Source of the DNA: Escherichia virus TH40
Direction: 5' to 3' (one strand)
Length of the DNA stretch: 64,000 nt
Sequence record: MT446411.1
The notes under the pieces are model-generated. The model saw nothing but the letters and a program-made list of their open reading frames with translations. It was not told the origin of the DNA and searched no databases. The translations under genes and the position numbers were made by a program. Below, piece after piece: positions 18,888 to 28,236 of the stretch. Positions within the stretch are counted from its first letter, which is position 1. Each line of letters begins with the position of its first letter.

Positions 18888-19147
18888 TATTCAAATCGGA
18901 TGGTACTGTTCTTGAACAACAAACCAGAACAAACAGTTCCTTCAACTTTCTTACCAGTTGGACCCACGGCCGTAAAGCCTGTATGTTGGAAATCATCTTT
19001 ACCGCAAGAGAACCAGTTATATCCAGTGATTTGGATTTGTTCATAGCCGTTTGCATCTAATACACGAATAGCATTATCTGCATCAGTACAGCCAGCCAAT
19101 GAAACTGCCAGAACCAGCGCTGCAATAGAACGATTAATGTATTTCAT
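18887..19147 (-). CDS. putative lipoprotein
   Basis: 86 aa; signal peptide with lipobox LAGC. Confidence 0.6.
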   Translation of the reverse strand: MKYINRSIAALVLAVSLAGCTDADNAIRVLDANGYEQIQITGYNWFSCGKDDFQHTGFTAVGPTGKKVEGTVCSGLLFKNSTIRFE

Positions 19148-19153
19148 AATTTC

Positions 19154-19330
19154 TCACTTAGTTAGCAGGTCGTAAAAACCGCCATTAACATGTTTAGGGG
19201 CTGAAACTAACCGAACAGCCAGCCGATGGCAATCAGGACAAACATCATTATCTCTTTCAGAGATTTTCTTGATTTTTTCGTATTCTTTTGCGCAGTCATT
19301 GGATTGACATTTGTAATCATAAAGTGGCAT
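19154..19330 (-). CDS. small zinc-ribbon protein (58 aa)
   Basis: MPLYDYKCQSNDC...CPDCH; two Cys pairs; below track threshold. Confidence 0.45.
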   Translation of the reverse strand: MPLYDYKCQSNDCAKEYEKIKKISERDNDVCPDCHRLAVRLVSAPKHVNGGFYDLLTK

Positions 19331-19331
19331 G

Positions 19332-19703
19332 TTATTCCTTAAAGTGTGCTTTCAACATCTGGTAAACGGTCCAGGCTTCAGAATTATTAGAGATGGTGAT
19401 TTTAGTCAAAGGGAATTCGCTTGGCTCAGATGGAGCTGCGTCTTCGCATTCATCTTCAGTATCGTCATCTTTGTCTTCTTCAAAGAAACGGAATTCATCT
19501 TCCTTTATGAATAAGCTCACAAATTCACCAGTTGATAATTCCATTTTATACACATCACCATCTTCAATTCTGACCGGTCTAAATCCCTCGCCATTGATTA
19601 TAGTATCGGCTATATTATCATTATCTGTGCATAACAAACGGAATCTGCTTTCAGCAACATTATCTTTAAAATAATACCACTTATCAGTTTCAAATTTAGA
19701 CAT
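19332..19703 (-). CDS. hypothetical acidic protein
   Basis: Trimmed to MSKFETDKWYYF... with SD ggaaggag. Confidence 0.5.
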   Translation of the reverse strand: MSKFETDKWYYFKDNVAESRFRLLCTDNDNIADTIINGEGFRPVRIEDGDVYKMELSTGEFVSLFIKEDEFRFFEEDKDDDTEDECEDAAPSEPSEFPLTKITISNNSEAWTVYQMLKAHFKE

Positions 19704-19920
19704 TATAAATCTCCTTCCAAAAATCTGTACCATCTTCTGATTCTTCGCGGAACAGCGCATAGCTAGGTAATTCTGCGTCTTTGTCTGCATACACATAAAT
19801 GATATCAGTGGTGCAAAGAAATTCATTGATGTTTTTCTTCACAATCACTTTATCACTTTCGGCAGTGTCCCAAAACTCTTCAGCGGTCAGGGAAGTGGTT
19901 ACACAATCTTCATTAAACAT
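19696..19920 (-). CDS. hypothetical protein
   Basis: Trimmed to MFNEDCVTT...; hairpin 19936-19954 in leader. Confidence 0.45.
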   Translation of the reverse strand: MFNEDCVTTSLTAEEFWDTAESDKVIVKKNINEFLCTTDIIYVYADKDAELPSYALFREESEDGTDFWKEIYNV

Positions 19921-19965
19921 AATATTCTCCTCATTGATAGGGCAAAACCCTATCATTTTTATAAT

Positions 19966-20526
19966 TTAGGCAAAATGAATATCAGCATACTCAACGATAA
20001 AGCTCTCAGGAACAACCTTAAAGGTTCCAAGGAACACGATATTATACAGTTTGACCCCTTCTTCAACCCACTGGTCTGTGATGTAACCAGACATGCTAGT
20101 GGTTTCATAAGTCGGACCATACATGCAATTGTATTCAAACGGTTTAGGTGAAACAAAAAAGACACCTTTGCCCAATTTCCATTTAAAATCAACCCCAACA
20201 TGAGACTGGTCAATGATTTCAACGTCTTGAGCAATTACGCCACGAATATCATTGCTTTCGCACACATATCCATCATGGGATTCAACTTCTTCAACCACAG
20301 GGAGGTTGGCGGCAGTAATAGCAGTTGATTCCAGGAATTTAGCACGCACATAAGCGAATTGAGTTTCAGTCTGACCATTTTTGGGAATGATACGCACCTT
20401 TACTTCATTATCAGGATGGTCAACAAAAATATCAGCACGAATACTGACAACCTCAACAAAACGTCCAGCGGCTCTTGAACGAGATTTTTTGGATACGCGA
20501 ACGATTTCGCCAGCTTCAACTTTCAT
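19966..20526 (-). CDS. hypothetical protein, paralogue of 20606-21358
   Basis: C-terminal ~35 aa (GYITDQWVEEGVKLYNIVFLGTFKVVPESFIVEY) align with the neighbour. Confidence 0.55.
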   Translation of the reverse strand: MKVEAGEIVRVSKKSRSRAAGRFVEVVSIRADIFVDHPDNEVKVRIIPKNGQTETQFAYVRAKFLESTAITAANLPVVEEVESHDGYVCESNDIRGVIAQDVEIIDQSHVGVDFKWKLGKGVFFVSPKPFEYNCMYGPTYETTSMSGYITDQWVEEGVKLYNIVFLGTFKVVPESFIVEYADIHFA

Positions 20527-20568
20527 AATTTTCTCTCTTGGTTAATAAGTTTATTCTCCAGTGGGGTC

Positions 20569-20597
20569 ATTATACTCTGACCCCAAGAGTTTGTACA
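20569..20597 (-). promoter_or_regulatory. early promoter/stem-loop cassette, copy of the ndd element
   Basis: ctccagtggggtcattatactctgaccccaagagtttgtacac. Confidence 0.55.
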
Positions 20598-20605
20598 CTT
20601 TAAAT

Positions 20606-21358
20606 TTAATTAAAAATTTCAACAACCATGGAACGTGGTACAACAGTAAATTCACCAGCATGGACAACGTTCAGGAGTTCAACATCATCTTCAATCCACT
20701 GGTCTGTTACCCAACCACAAATGGAACTGTTAAATGGGCGTTTGATTTGAACTGGTTTACACAGCAAGTCAATAGGGTCACCCAGTTCGCTAACTTCTTC
20801 CAGCAGTACAGATTCACGTGGATAAAGGATAGCTTCAAGATTGTCACCTGATTCATTGACTGCAGTAAATTCAAAGATGCTTTGGTGATTGTGGTACTTA
20901 ACTGTTTTAACGGTAAATGGAGCAAATCCAAAAATACCTTTCAGTACGCGCCAACCGGCATTCAATGCATTAGTATTATCAAAATCACCATATCCAACAA
21001 GTTGATAGGTTTTGTCAACTTTGATAGGAGTTTCTTCAACTTCTTTGAAGAGTTCAATCTCAGCTTCATAAATCATAATTTTTTCTACTTCATTAGTATC
21101 AAGGCGACGTGCATGTAGAATATATGCTTTATCAAACCAGTTACTTTTTACAAAAGTTTCAACAATAAATTCACCTTCACCTAAAGCATCAGTCAGAGTA
21201 TTATACCCAGAAACCATAGCTGCATTTTGAATAATAGGTTCAATCAGTTGATAAGTTTTGTTAATTTCAATAGTCATATTTTGTTTCTCAAGTTTTAATG
21301 GTTTAATTGGGCGAACATACATACTTACAACATCAAAGTCAATAAATTCTGGTTTCAT
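20606..21358 (-). CDS. hypothetical protein with internal duplication, paralogue of 19966-20526
   Basis: 250 aa; KTYQL... segment repeated; C-terminus GWVTDQWIEDDVELLNVVHAGEFTVVPRSMVVE. Confidence 0.55.
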   Translation of the reverse strand: MKPEFIDFDVVSMYVRPIKPLKLEKQNMTIEINKTYQLIEPIIQNAAMVSGYNTLTDALGEGEFIVETFVKSNWFDKAYILHARRLDTNEVEKIMIYEAEIELFKEVEETPIKVDKTYQLVGYGDFDNTNALNAGWRVLKGIFGFAPFTVKTVKYHNHQSIFEFTAVNESGDNLEAILYPRESVLLEEVSELGDPIDLLCKPVQIKRPFNSSICGWVTDQWIEDDVELLNVVHAGEFTVVPRSMVVEIFN

Positions 21359-21615
21359 TATGCAACCTTATTGAACATCGCCAGTTGGTTAGGTTGTACA
21401 ACCATAATTTCACGACGGCCTTTTGCGTTTGACACGTTCAAGTAGATGCCTTTGTTCATGTCTGTTTCTTTATCATATACCGCAATTTTATTGACAGTAA
21501 AGATTTTACCACGAATATTTGTAAATGCACATTCAAACGCTTCAGTCAGACCTGCTTCAGCAGCTTGAAGAGCAGACATTTCATATTGTTGGCCAATTTC
21601 AAAAGAAGTAATCAT
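21358..21615 (-). CDS. hypothetical protein
   Basis: Trimmed to MITSFEIGQQYEM... Confidence 0.5.
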   Translation of the reverse strand: MITSFEIGQQYEMSALQAAEAGLTEAFECAFTNIRGKIFTVNKIAVYDKETDMNKGIYLNVSNAKGRREIMVVQPNQLAMFNKVA

Positions 21616-21646
21616 TTTGTTATCCTCATCAGTAGTTGATGAGATG

Positions 21647-21675
21647 ATTATGTCTCTTTCCATTGGCCTTGTACA
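21647..21675 (-). promoter_or_regulatory. early promoter cassette (TGTACA-17-CATAAT) with catcagtagttgatgag leader
   Basis: Recurring family. Confidence 0.5.
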
Positions 21676-21682
21676 CTACTTT

Positions 21683-22366
21683 TTATCGTTTTTTCGGTAA
21701 AGATAACGGGTCTGCATCTTCTTCGGAAGGAACTTCATCCAAACCAAGAGCATAGCGCTGGGCATACTTAAGCATCAAAATATCTTTCGCGCAGTCATGC
21801 ACCGAATCATGCGCCACAAATCCATCTAAAGTCCCCTTCGGTAATGGAGTTTCACACATCTTACGGACGAGTGATAGGGCTTCAATTGCCGTCCTGATAT
21901 CTCGCTGGTTCCAGAATACAACCGGCTCCAGGCCGTAGGTATTCAATTCACGCTCGGGAATACCCTCATTGCGCTGTAGGTCACGGATAAGGTCAACAAA
22001 CAACGGGAAGTCAAAAGACATTCCACGACACCACATAAGGCTTTCGTATTTGTTAATTCCATTACCATTCAGATAATCAATTGCTTGTTGGATACCAGTC
22101 AGAGTATCAACATCTTGCGCAGAAGGAGCCAAGTTAACACGAGCTTCTGGAGATTGTTTTTTCCACCAACCCATAGTTGTTGTGTCAAACAGACGTTTAC
22201 CTTTCTGGTATTCTAGGCTGAACTTAATGCGTTTACCGCGATTAACCAGAGTTTCAAAAGATTCCACAATAGCAGGGTCAGATTCAAATGTAATCAGAGC
22301 CAGGTCAATAACGGCCCCCTTCGAGCCGTTTCCCAGAGTTTCAAAGTCAATAATAGCATCAATCAT
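21683..22366 (-). CDS. dexA: exonuclease A DexA (DEDD 3'-5' exonuclease)
   Basis: 227 aa; MIDAIIDFETLG...WCRGMSFDFP...GFVAHDSVHDCAKDI matches T4 DexA. Confidence 0.9.
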   Translation of the reverse strand: MIDAIIDFETLGNGSKGAVIDLALITFESDPAIVESFETLVNRGKRIKFSLEYQKGKRLFDTTTMGWWKKQSPEARVNLAPSAQDVDTLTGIQQAIDYLNGNGINKYESLMWCRGMSFDFPLFVDLIRDLQRNEGIPERELNTYGLEPVVFWNQRDIRTAIEALSLVRKMCETPLPKGTLDGFVAHDSVHDCAKDILMLKYAQRYALGLDEVPSEEDADPLSLPKKR

Positions 22367-22598
22367 CGCACATCTCTTTTAATTTCTGAATTTCACCAGC
22401 AACATAGTCGGAGATAAAAATCCCGGGCTCTTCATTGTTAAAATATTCAATCGCAGCCATACGTTTCTGGATAAGGCTCAGTTCCAGTAAAACATAATTG
22501 CCCTGTTGGACGATAGTCGGATTATCTTCGTAAAATTCAACGGCATCATGAATACCGTAGATAAGATTATCTAAATCTTCTTTATATACCTTATACAT
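22359..22598 (-). CDS. hypothetical protein
   Basis: 79-aa ORF between dexA and dda. Confidence 0.5.
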   Translation of the reverse strand: MYKVYKEDLDNLIYGIHDAVEFYEDNPTIVQQGNYVLLELSLIQKRMAAIEYFNNEEPGIFISDYVAGEIQKLKEMCDD

Positions 22599-23919
22599 AA
22601 TATGCGTCGTACCTCGCTCGTGTGATTCCTACATAAGCCAACTGGCTCGCTAATGAAGCTTCAGCCATATGGATGCATGGAGTATAGATGAATGCTTTGT
22701 TTACTGAAACACCCTGCGCCTTGTGGATTGTACTGACTGGAAGAGCGCGAACTTTCAAGAAGGTCCGGCGTGCTTTCCAGAAGTCTTTCCACTCTGGACG
22801 TTTACCAGCAGCTTTCATCTGTTTGTATGTATCAGCAACTTTCGCCAGATATGCCTGGAATTTTGGTTGCTGGTCTTCTGGTAAAACTTTGATACGGTCA
22901 ACCTGATATTCTTCATCTTCATCAATTGACTCAACTTCCAGGTCCCAGTAATTAATTACCAACTGGTGCGATTCCCCTTTACAACGGAGAATAGTGGAAG
23001 TGTATTTGCAATCCTTGATACGAACCAACTGACCATTATTAAAAATGGTTTCGCTGAATTTCTTACCTTCAAATTCCAGCTCTTTCATGTGCGGCTCTTG
23101 CATAACCAGGACTTCATACGGTAAAAATGCTTTATCCGTTTCATAGAGCTTGCGACGAATAATATTGTTCAGTTTTTCAACTGATTTATTCGTGTACGCA
23201 TACATCCTATTTTCCATCAACATATCAGCATCTTTTACATGACTGAAATAGTTTACCATGAAATCCTTTAAAGCGGTTTGTGAGGTAAAACCTTGTACAC
23301 CATGACCTTCGTACATGCAATCACGGAACCAACCACCATTACGAATTTCTGTCGCCACTTCAATGATAGGAGCATTGCTTCGCATGACCTCAGTCAGATG
23401 AATCTGTTTGAACTTAGGATGCGTAAAGAATGGACTTATCTTTTGCTGCGTGCTTCCCGGGTCAACTGGCTGCAGCTGGTGCATATCACCAATCCCAAGA
23501 ATAGTACACCATTCAGGAACAGAATTGCAAATAATCTTAAACAGGGGTCCGTCATACATACTTGCTTCATCACAAATCAGAACATTACATTTTGACATAT
23601 CAGGCATTTCGCGCTGTTCAAAAATGTTTTGGTCTTCATATGTGGTTGGGTTAATCTTCAGGATGCTATGGATTGTATTCGCTGTTTGACCAGACAATTT
23701 GGATAAAACCTTTTTTGCCTGGTGAGTTGGTGCAGCAAGCACAATTCCCAAAACTCCATTACGCACCAGGTGGTCAATGACAAATTTTGTCAGAGTAGTC
23801 TTACCCGTACCAGCTGGACCATTCAGAGTGATACATTCCCCTGAACGTCGCTGAATAGCTTGAGTGATATAATCAAAAGCTTCTTTTTGTCCTGTGTTCA
23901 AGTCTTCAAATTTAATCAT
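22591..23919 (-). CDS. dda: Dda DNA helicase (SF1B)
   Basis: 442 aa; Walker A GPAGTGKTT; strong overall match to T4 Dda. Confidence 0.9.
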   Translation of the reverse strand: MIKFEDLNTGQKEAFDYITQAIQRRSGECITLNGPAGTGKTTLTKFVIDHLVRNGVLGIVLAAPTHQAKKVLSKLSGQTANTIHSILKINPTTYEDQNIFEQREMPDMSKCNVLICDEASMYDGPLFKIICNSVPEWCTILGIGDMHQLQPVDPGSTQQKISPFFTHPKFKQIHLTEVMRSNAPIIEVATEIRNGGWFRDCMYEGHGVQGFTSQTALKDFMVNYFSHVKDADMLMENRMYAYTNKSVEKLNNIIRRKLYETDKAFLPYEVLVMQEPHMKELEFEGKKFSETIFNNGQLVRIKDCKYTSTILRCKGESHQLVINYWDLEVESIDEDEEYQVDRIKVLPEDQQPKFQAYLAKVADTYKQMKAAGKRPEWKDFWKARRTFLKVRALPVSTIHKAQGVSVNKAFIYTPCIHMAEASLASQLAYVGITRARYDAYYV

Positions 23920-24215
23920 GCCAATTTTACTCGCTTAACATTAACAGTATCTAAAACCAATTTCAGTTCTCTTGCACGGTCTTCTGTAGGGAACACAGTT
24001 TTGGATTCCCGCTTATCAAACCACCATTTTCTTGGAATGTACAAAGTTTCAATACGTCCCATACTTAAATATCTTTTTGTGGTGTATGAATAGTTGGCAA
24101 GTTCATAATCCGCGGCAGCCTTTGTGGTATACAAGGTAACCTTCCCATCATACTCCAATGGATGTTCAAATCCATCCTTATCTTTGTAAACCAATACATA
24201 AGCGTAGTACATCAC
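23916..24215 (-). CDS. hypothetical protein
   Basis: 99-aa ORF. Confidence 0.5.
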   Translation of the reverse strand: MMYYAYVLVYKDKDGFEHPLEYDGKVTLYTTKAAADYELANYSYTTKRYLSMGRIETLYIPRKWWFDKRESKTVFPTEDRARELKLVLDTVNVKRVKLA

Positions 24216-24216
24216 A

Positions 24217-24963
24217 TTAACCTCTAATCAGTTTAAAAATTGACGCGTTCAAAGGTAGACCACGTTTCAGTTTTAATTTACCAATAAAACCAATCTTCTC
24301 AAAACGCTCAAGACCTTGAATGATTTTATCATAGCAATCAAAAAGCGTTTCAGCATTAGTTAATTTCTTGGTAACTTTCCAGTCATTACCCTTGAGCAGG
24401 ACATTCAATTTAGTAAGCTCATGACCTTCTGCAATACGGGAACCATCAATGCGAGCCTTCAGAGCAACCATTTTTAATTGGTTTTCTTTTGACTGCTCTG
24501 ATTTACTCATTTGGGCATAATGCTTAACGCGATTCTCACGTTTGTGCTGGATGTTCTTTATATGGTTGTATGACTTTTTAATCTGTTCCCATTTCTCTGA
24601 AGTCAGATTTAACTTTTCAATCTTCTTGGCAGATGGGCGAGCAATTTTTACAGCAACATCATCACGACGTTGTTTAAGCTCACCCAGGGACCAATCAGAA
24701 CGCATGGTATTATATTTCTTTTTAACAGGAATAACATTACCCTTGATATAACCAATATCATTGTTAAAACGTTCTAATGATAACTTCTCGTCTTCAATAG
24801 AGTTATTAAATGCTTCACCAGAATAAGCACAAACTTTTTGGTCAAGAATGTTAACCAGGTAATTGAAATCCAGGTTAAAGTCCTTACCACGACGTTTAGC
24901 AGAAGCTTGAGTGTGGTCCAGACGACGTTTAACTTTCAGCGTTTTGGTTTTTGATAAAGTCAT
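24217..24963 (-). CDS. srd: possible Srd (sigma-like) protein
   Basis: 248 aa basic protein at the T4 srd position between dda and modA; sequence not verified. Confidence 0.4.
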   Translation of the reverse strand: MTLSKTKTLKVKRRLDHTQASAKRRGKDFNLDFNYLVNILDQKVCAYSGEAFNNSIEDEKLSLERFNNDIGYIKGNVIPVKKKYNTMRSDWSLGELKQRRDDVAVKIARPSAKKIEKLNLTSEKWEQIKKSYNHIKNIQHKRENRVKHYAQMSKSEQSKENQLKMVALKARIDGSRIAEGHELTKLNVLLKGNDWKVTKKLTNAETLFDCYDKIIQGLERFEKIGFIGKLKLKRGLPLNASIFKLIRG

Positions 24964-25010
24964 GATATTTTTCTCATCTTACGGACGATTGAATAACTCA
25001 GTACGGAATC

Positions 25011-25038
25011 ATTATACACTATTCATCTTTCATGTACA
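25011..25038 (-). promoter_or_regulatory. early promoter cassette (TGTACA-16-TATAAT)
   Basis: aataactcagtacgg leader family; upstream of srd. Confidence 0.5.
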
Positions 25039-25098
25039 CTACTTTTTTGCCTTTAACGCTTTTATTTTTACCGTGTATAATGGTTCTAAGGTCTTTGG

Positions 25099-25713
25099 TT
25101 AATTCAAAACAGTTAAATGCCAAACAGTATACAGGTTGTTCAATGGGTGTGTCTCAATTAAATCTACGCGAAGCGTAGTCCCAGCGGGAAACATAAACTC
25201 ATCCTCATCATTAACCAGGTGTAAGTTTGACTTCCTGGTTGCTTCTGGATATGCACCATTGAACTCTTCAGGAGGAGCACCGCAAATCATTTTAAAGATT
25301 GCTTCCTGATAGTTATACGCATAAGGTGCATTGTTTATGCAGAAAATATTCCTTGTACCATAGAAGCTATATGATGCGAAATTTCTTGCAACCTGCCAGT
25401 CCCTGGAAAAACTCATCACACGATTGAACTCAATTGTTGCACCAACATATCTTAAATCTTCCAGGTATTCCATGGTTTTCTTTGATATACCACGGAACAA
25501 TGCTGCAGGCGGTGCAGTGTTCAGATTGTTGCGGATAATCCTGGTTAAGTCTTCTTGAATCAGGTCGGGTTTATTTTCCATACACTGCCAGAGTACTGAT
25601 TGCTCATTATCTGTATAAAGGGCATCAATCTCCGCTTGACATTGGTCACGAAAAGACTCACTAGAAGCGGCCGTGTCAATAATTCCATTCAAAACGTCAT
25701 CAGTGTACAGCAT
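25099..25713 (-). CDS. modA: ModA-like ADP-ribosyltransferase
   Basis: Trimmed to MLYTDD...; Arg (LFRGIS), Ser-rich (MSFSRD) and acidic (DEDEF) candidates; position after srd. Confidence 0.5.
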   Translation of the reverse strand: MLYTDDVLNGIIDTAASSESFRDQCQAEIDALYTDNEQSVLWQCMENKPDLIQEDLTRIIRNNLNTAPPAALFRGISKKTMEYLEDLRYVGATIEFNRVMSFSRDWQVARNFASYSFYGTRNIFCINNAPYAYNYQEAIFKMICGAPPEEFNGAYPEATRKSNLHLVNDEDEFMFPAGTTLRVDLIETHPLNNLYTVWHLTVLN

Positions 25714-25744
25714 TTTATTATCCTCATCAGTAGTTGATAGGAAC

Positions 25745-25774
25745 ATCTTAACGTGTCTTATTGCTCTTGTACAC
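25745..25774 (-). promoter_or_regulatory. early promoter (TGTACA, weak -10 TAAGAT) plus catcagtagttgatagg leader
   Basis: Upstream of modA-like gene. Confidence 0.35.
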
Positions 25775-26318
25775 AGTCAAGAACATAATAATCATCAACA
25801 AATCCAGCATCAACTACCACGAATTTCTGGTCAACTGGAACAAACCATTCAAGCTCAGAATCAATCATGTCCATGTATTCTTCACGCCTTAATGTAGCTG
25901 CCTGGGCGGAACCAGAAGCAGTATTGAAGAATTCCAGTGGAACGTCAAGCGCGATTTTGCGCATCGCATCATGGTAACAAAAAGCTTTGGTCCGATTCAA
26001 TCTGACGATAGTCCTAGTCGCATATTCCATTGCAGCAAAATCCCTGGCAATACCATAGTCTTCTGTAAAGGATGTTATCCGTCCAAATTCAAAAGGTTGC
26101 ATTGATTCTTTTGCTTCATCTAACAAATCAATCTCTTGCTGGGTTACCCCGCGCCACAAGACTGTATCGGGTATAGACAACCTTGACTTGATGATTGAGT
26201 TGACATTTGAATGCAAGGTCTTATCAACCTTTGATGTACGACATTCAAATAATGAAGCTATCTCCATTTCACTAAATTTTAACTGGTTGGGTTCGGTATC
26301 AGATTTGATGATGTTCAT
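25758..26318 (-). CDS. modB: ModB-like ADP-ribosyltransferase
   Basis: 186 aa; LWRGV, TSFTEDY, SELEWF motif candidates; tandem to modA-like gene. Confidence 0.45.
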   Translation of the reverse strand: MNIIKSDTEPNQLKFSEMEIASLFECRTSKVDKTLHSNVNSIIKSRLSIPDTVLWRGVTQQEIDLLDEAKESMQPFEFGRITSFTEDYGIARDFAAMEYATRTIVRLNRTKAFCYHDAMRKIALDVPLEFFNTASGSAQAATLRREEYMDMIDSELEWFVPVDQKFVVVDAGFVDDYYVLDCVQEQ

Positions 26319-26374
26319 AATGGCCTCTCTGTTGTAAGAAAGGTCATTATGTCATTAGGAGGGGAGTAAGTAAA

Positions 26375-26623
26375 CTACTTAAACACTCCAAGTGGAACGC
26401 CAAAGACTGCAATGTCTACGGCCATGCCAATCGGAGATTGATATGATGGAGATTGATATGATGAGTAAGAACTTTTCGATTCTGTCGGGCGTTCGACTTT
26501 AATTGTCTTGGATTCAGTCTTAATCCTTTGTAAGCGATTAATTTTTTGTTGCTCGATTTCCTTATGAGCATGTTTACGGTCGATATCCAGCGCCGATGTA
26601 GGAATATTTGTTAACCAGTTCAT
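26375..26623 (-). CDS. hypothetical protein with SYQSP tandem repeat
   Basis: Trimmed to MNWLTNI...; contains the 15-nt x2 tandem repeat. Confidence 0.45.
   Translation of the reverse strand: MNWLTNIPTSALDIDRKHAHKEIEQQKINRLQRIKTESKTIKVERPTESKSSYSSYQSPSYQSPIGMAVDIAVFGVPLGVFK
26432..26461 (-). repeat. 15-nt perfect tandem duplication (x2)
   Basis: (c/t)ggagattgatatga twice in tandem, encoding SYQSP-SYQSP. Confidence 0.7.
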
Positions 26624-26799
26624 TGTTTCACCCATGGTGCCCATGGAGGTGGGTCGTCGTAATATGAGGCCAGGTCGCGTAGAACTTCCAAGGGGAGACT
26701 AAAACCGTGCTTCTGTATAATCGCATCAAGTTCGTCAACTAGGTCCACACGGGCTTCCGTAGGAGCTTTAGGCTCTTCAAAAAGTTCAAATAAATCCAT
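26620..26799 (-). CDS. small acidic protein (59 aa)
   Basis: [13 protein letters not shown]...; stop overlaps next ATG (ATGA). Confidence 0.45.
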   Translation of the reverse strand: MDLFELFEEPKAPTEARVDLVDELDAIIQKHGFSLPLEVLRDLASYYDDPPPWAPWVKQ

Positions 26800-27287
26800 T
26801 AGTAACCACCGATAGGGCCGTAACCATACATACGAGCTCGAACTTTAGTATCGTGCAGAGCTTCTTCTGTTAAAGTAAAACGCAGACCGATATCAAAGTG
26901 TTTCCAAATCTGACGTTCGACTTCAGTAAGGTCTTCAGGTGCAGAAATCAGATATGTGCGACCTTTAAGGCGTTCAGTGGCCATTTTATCTCTATCTTTA
27001 TAGAAAATATCCGCGGTTCCTTCTGCATAATGGTCCGGATAACGATAGCCTTTGATATGCAGAGCTTCGGAAACAGTAAACGGGCACCCTTCGGCAACAT
27101 TAACGTTTTTTCTATGAAATACCTTCAGCATAACGTTTTCTGGCATCGTCAAGTTCATTAATTTTGTTTCCAATGCAGTGACCGAATCCATGCCATTGTA
27201 AACCATGATAAGGCATGCGGTAGCATCGTAAGGTCGTGTCTGTCCAGTGGAATCACGGACATAGAATTCTAATTCATATACTTTCAT
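26799..27287 (-). CDS. hypothetical protein
   Basis: 162-aa ORF. Confidence 0.55.
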   Translation of the reverse strand: MKVYELEFYVRDSTGQTRPYDATACLIMVYNGMDSVTALETKLMNLTMPENVMLKVFHRKNVNVAEGCPFTVSEALHIKGYRYPDHYAEGTADIFYKDRDKMATERLKGRTYLISAPEDLTEVERQIWKHFDIGLRFTLTEEALHDTKVRARMYGYGPIGGY

Positions 27288-27433
27288 AATGATTTCCTCT
27301 TACCAACTAATGGACCATCAGGAACTTTATTTTCCTTGATGTACTTTTCGTTTTCTTCCATCATTTTACTGCCAATTTTCAAAAGCAAATCCAGTGCTTC
27401 TTTTGCTCGGCGTTCAGCATCTTCTTGTGTCAT
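27284..27433 (-). CDS. small protein (49 aa)
   Basis: [17 protein letters not shown]...; ATGA overlaps at both ends. Confidence 0.45.
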   Translation of the reverse strand: MTQEDAERRAKEALDLLLKIGSKMMEENEKYIKENKVPDGPLVGKRKSL

Positions 27434-27624
27434 GATTTATCTCCGTAGATATCACGCATCAGTTTAAGCGCTGCTCGTTCAGTCTTCTTTTCCTGCATGG
27501 CTTTAAGCCCGTTAACGGCCCATTCTTCAGCTTCACGTTGCATTTCTTCCTCGGCCCTGGCTACCCAGGAATCATCAATCCCTGGAGTAACCAACCAATC
27601 TTTAAGCCAACTTGTAATTCTCAT
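27430..27624 (-). CDS. hypothetical protein
   Basis: 64 aa; N-terminus resembles that of 27625-27966. Confidence 0.45.
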   Translation of the reverse strand: MRITSWLKDWLVTPGIDDSWVARAEEEMQREAEEWAVNGLKAMQEKKTERAALKLMRDIYGDKS

Positions 27625-27966
27625 TTAATCACACGAGCTGGAAGACGAATCACAGCTTCCCGAATCATAGGAGGAATAAGACGAATCACCGGTCCACGAA
27701 CTAACTGCGGCAGCGGTGACCACAATCGAAGTAGTATCGATACTGCTTTGCGCTTGGGCTCTTTGTTCTTGCAGTCGAGTTAAACGTTTTTGTAAGTCTT
27801 CTTCTGACATTGTAGAATATAGGTCTTTTGATTTCGATTTGACCACTTCTTCCATCATACCATCACCCATGTAAGCATATTCTCTTAGCTTAACATCTGG
27901 CGGGCTAACTGGAACCACGCCCTCGTTTGGTTTAGTCTTGAATAAATTCTTGAGCCAACTAATCAT
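27625..27966 (-). CDS. hypothetical protein with Ser/Tyr/Cys-rich C-terminal tail
   Basis: 113 aa; ...SSYSSYDSGSCDSSSSSCD. Confidence 0.5.
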   Translation of the reverse strand: MISWLKNLFKTKPNEGVVPVSPPDVKLREYAYMGDGMMEEVVKSKSKDLYSTMSEEDLQKRLTRLQEQRAQAQSSIDTTSIVVTAAAVSSWTGDSSYSSYDSGSCDSSSSSCD

Positions 27967-28160
27967 AGGAAACCTCGTTTAAATTCAACTTGACCATCAT
28001 CATAACGGATTTCAATATTGAATTCTAAAGAGTCATCGTCATGCATCATGAATGAATGTACGATAACTTCATCAAACACACCCAGACCATACTTAAAATG
28101 GACATCATGCGCAATAATTTCATCTAAAGCTTTGTTTGGTTTAATCCAACGGTTTAACAT
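27963..28160 (-). CDS. hypothetical protein
   Basis: 65-aa ORF. Confidence 0.45.
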   Translation of the reverse strand: MLNRWIKPNKALDEIIAHDVHFKYGLGVFDEVIVHSFMMHDDDSLEFNIEIRYDDGQVEFKRGFL

Positions 28161-28213
28161 AGTATTCTCCTCTGTAATTGAAATAATTATACCGCTTCTA
28201 TTAAAAGCAAAAA

Positions 28214-28231
28214 GGGACTCCGAAGAGTCCC
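28214..28231 (-). terminator. rho-independent terminator GGGACTC-CGAA-GAGTCCC
   Basis: 7-bp stem, TTTTTG on - strand, just after soc. Confidence 0.7.
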
Positions 28232-28236
28232 TATAA

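Noticed and set aside
25099-25746. N-terminal extension ...STTDEDNKM... on this ORF, also seen on 21358-21663 and 50642-50896
   Set aside because: The extension is translation of the conserved leader (catcagtagttgatgag...ATG) shared by unrelated genes; true starts are the downstream ATGs.
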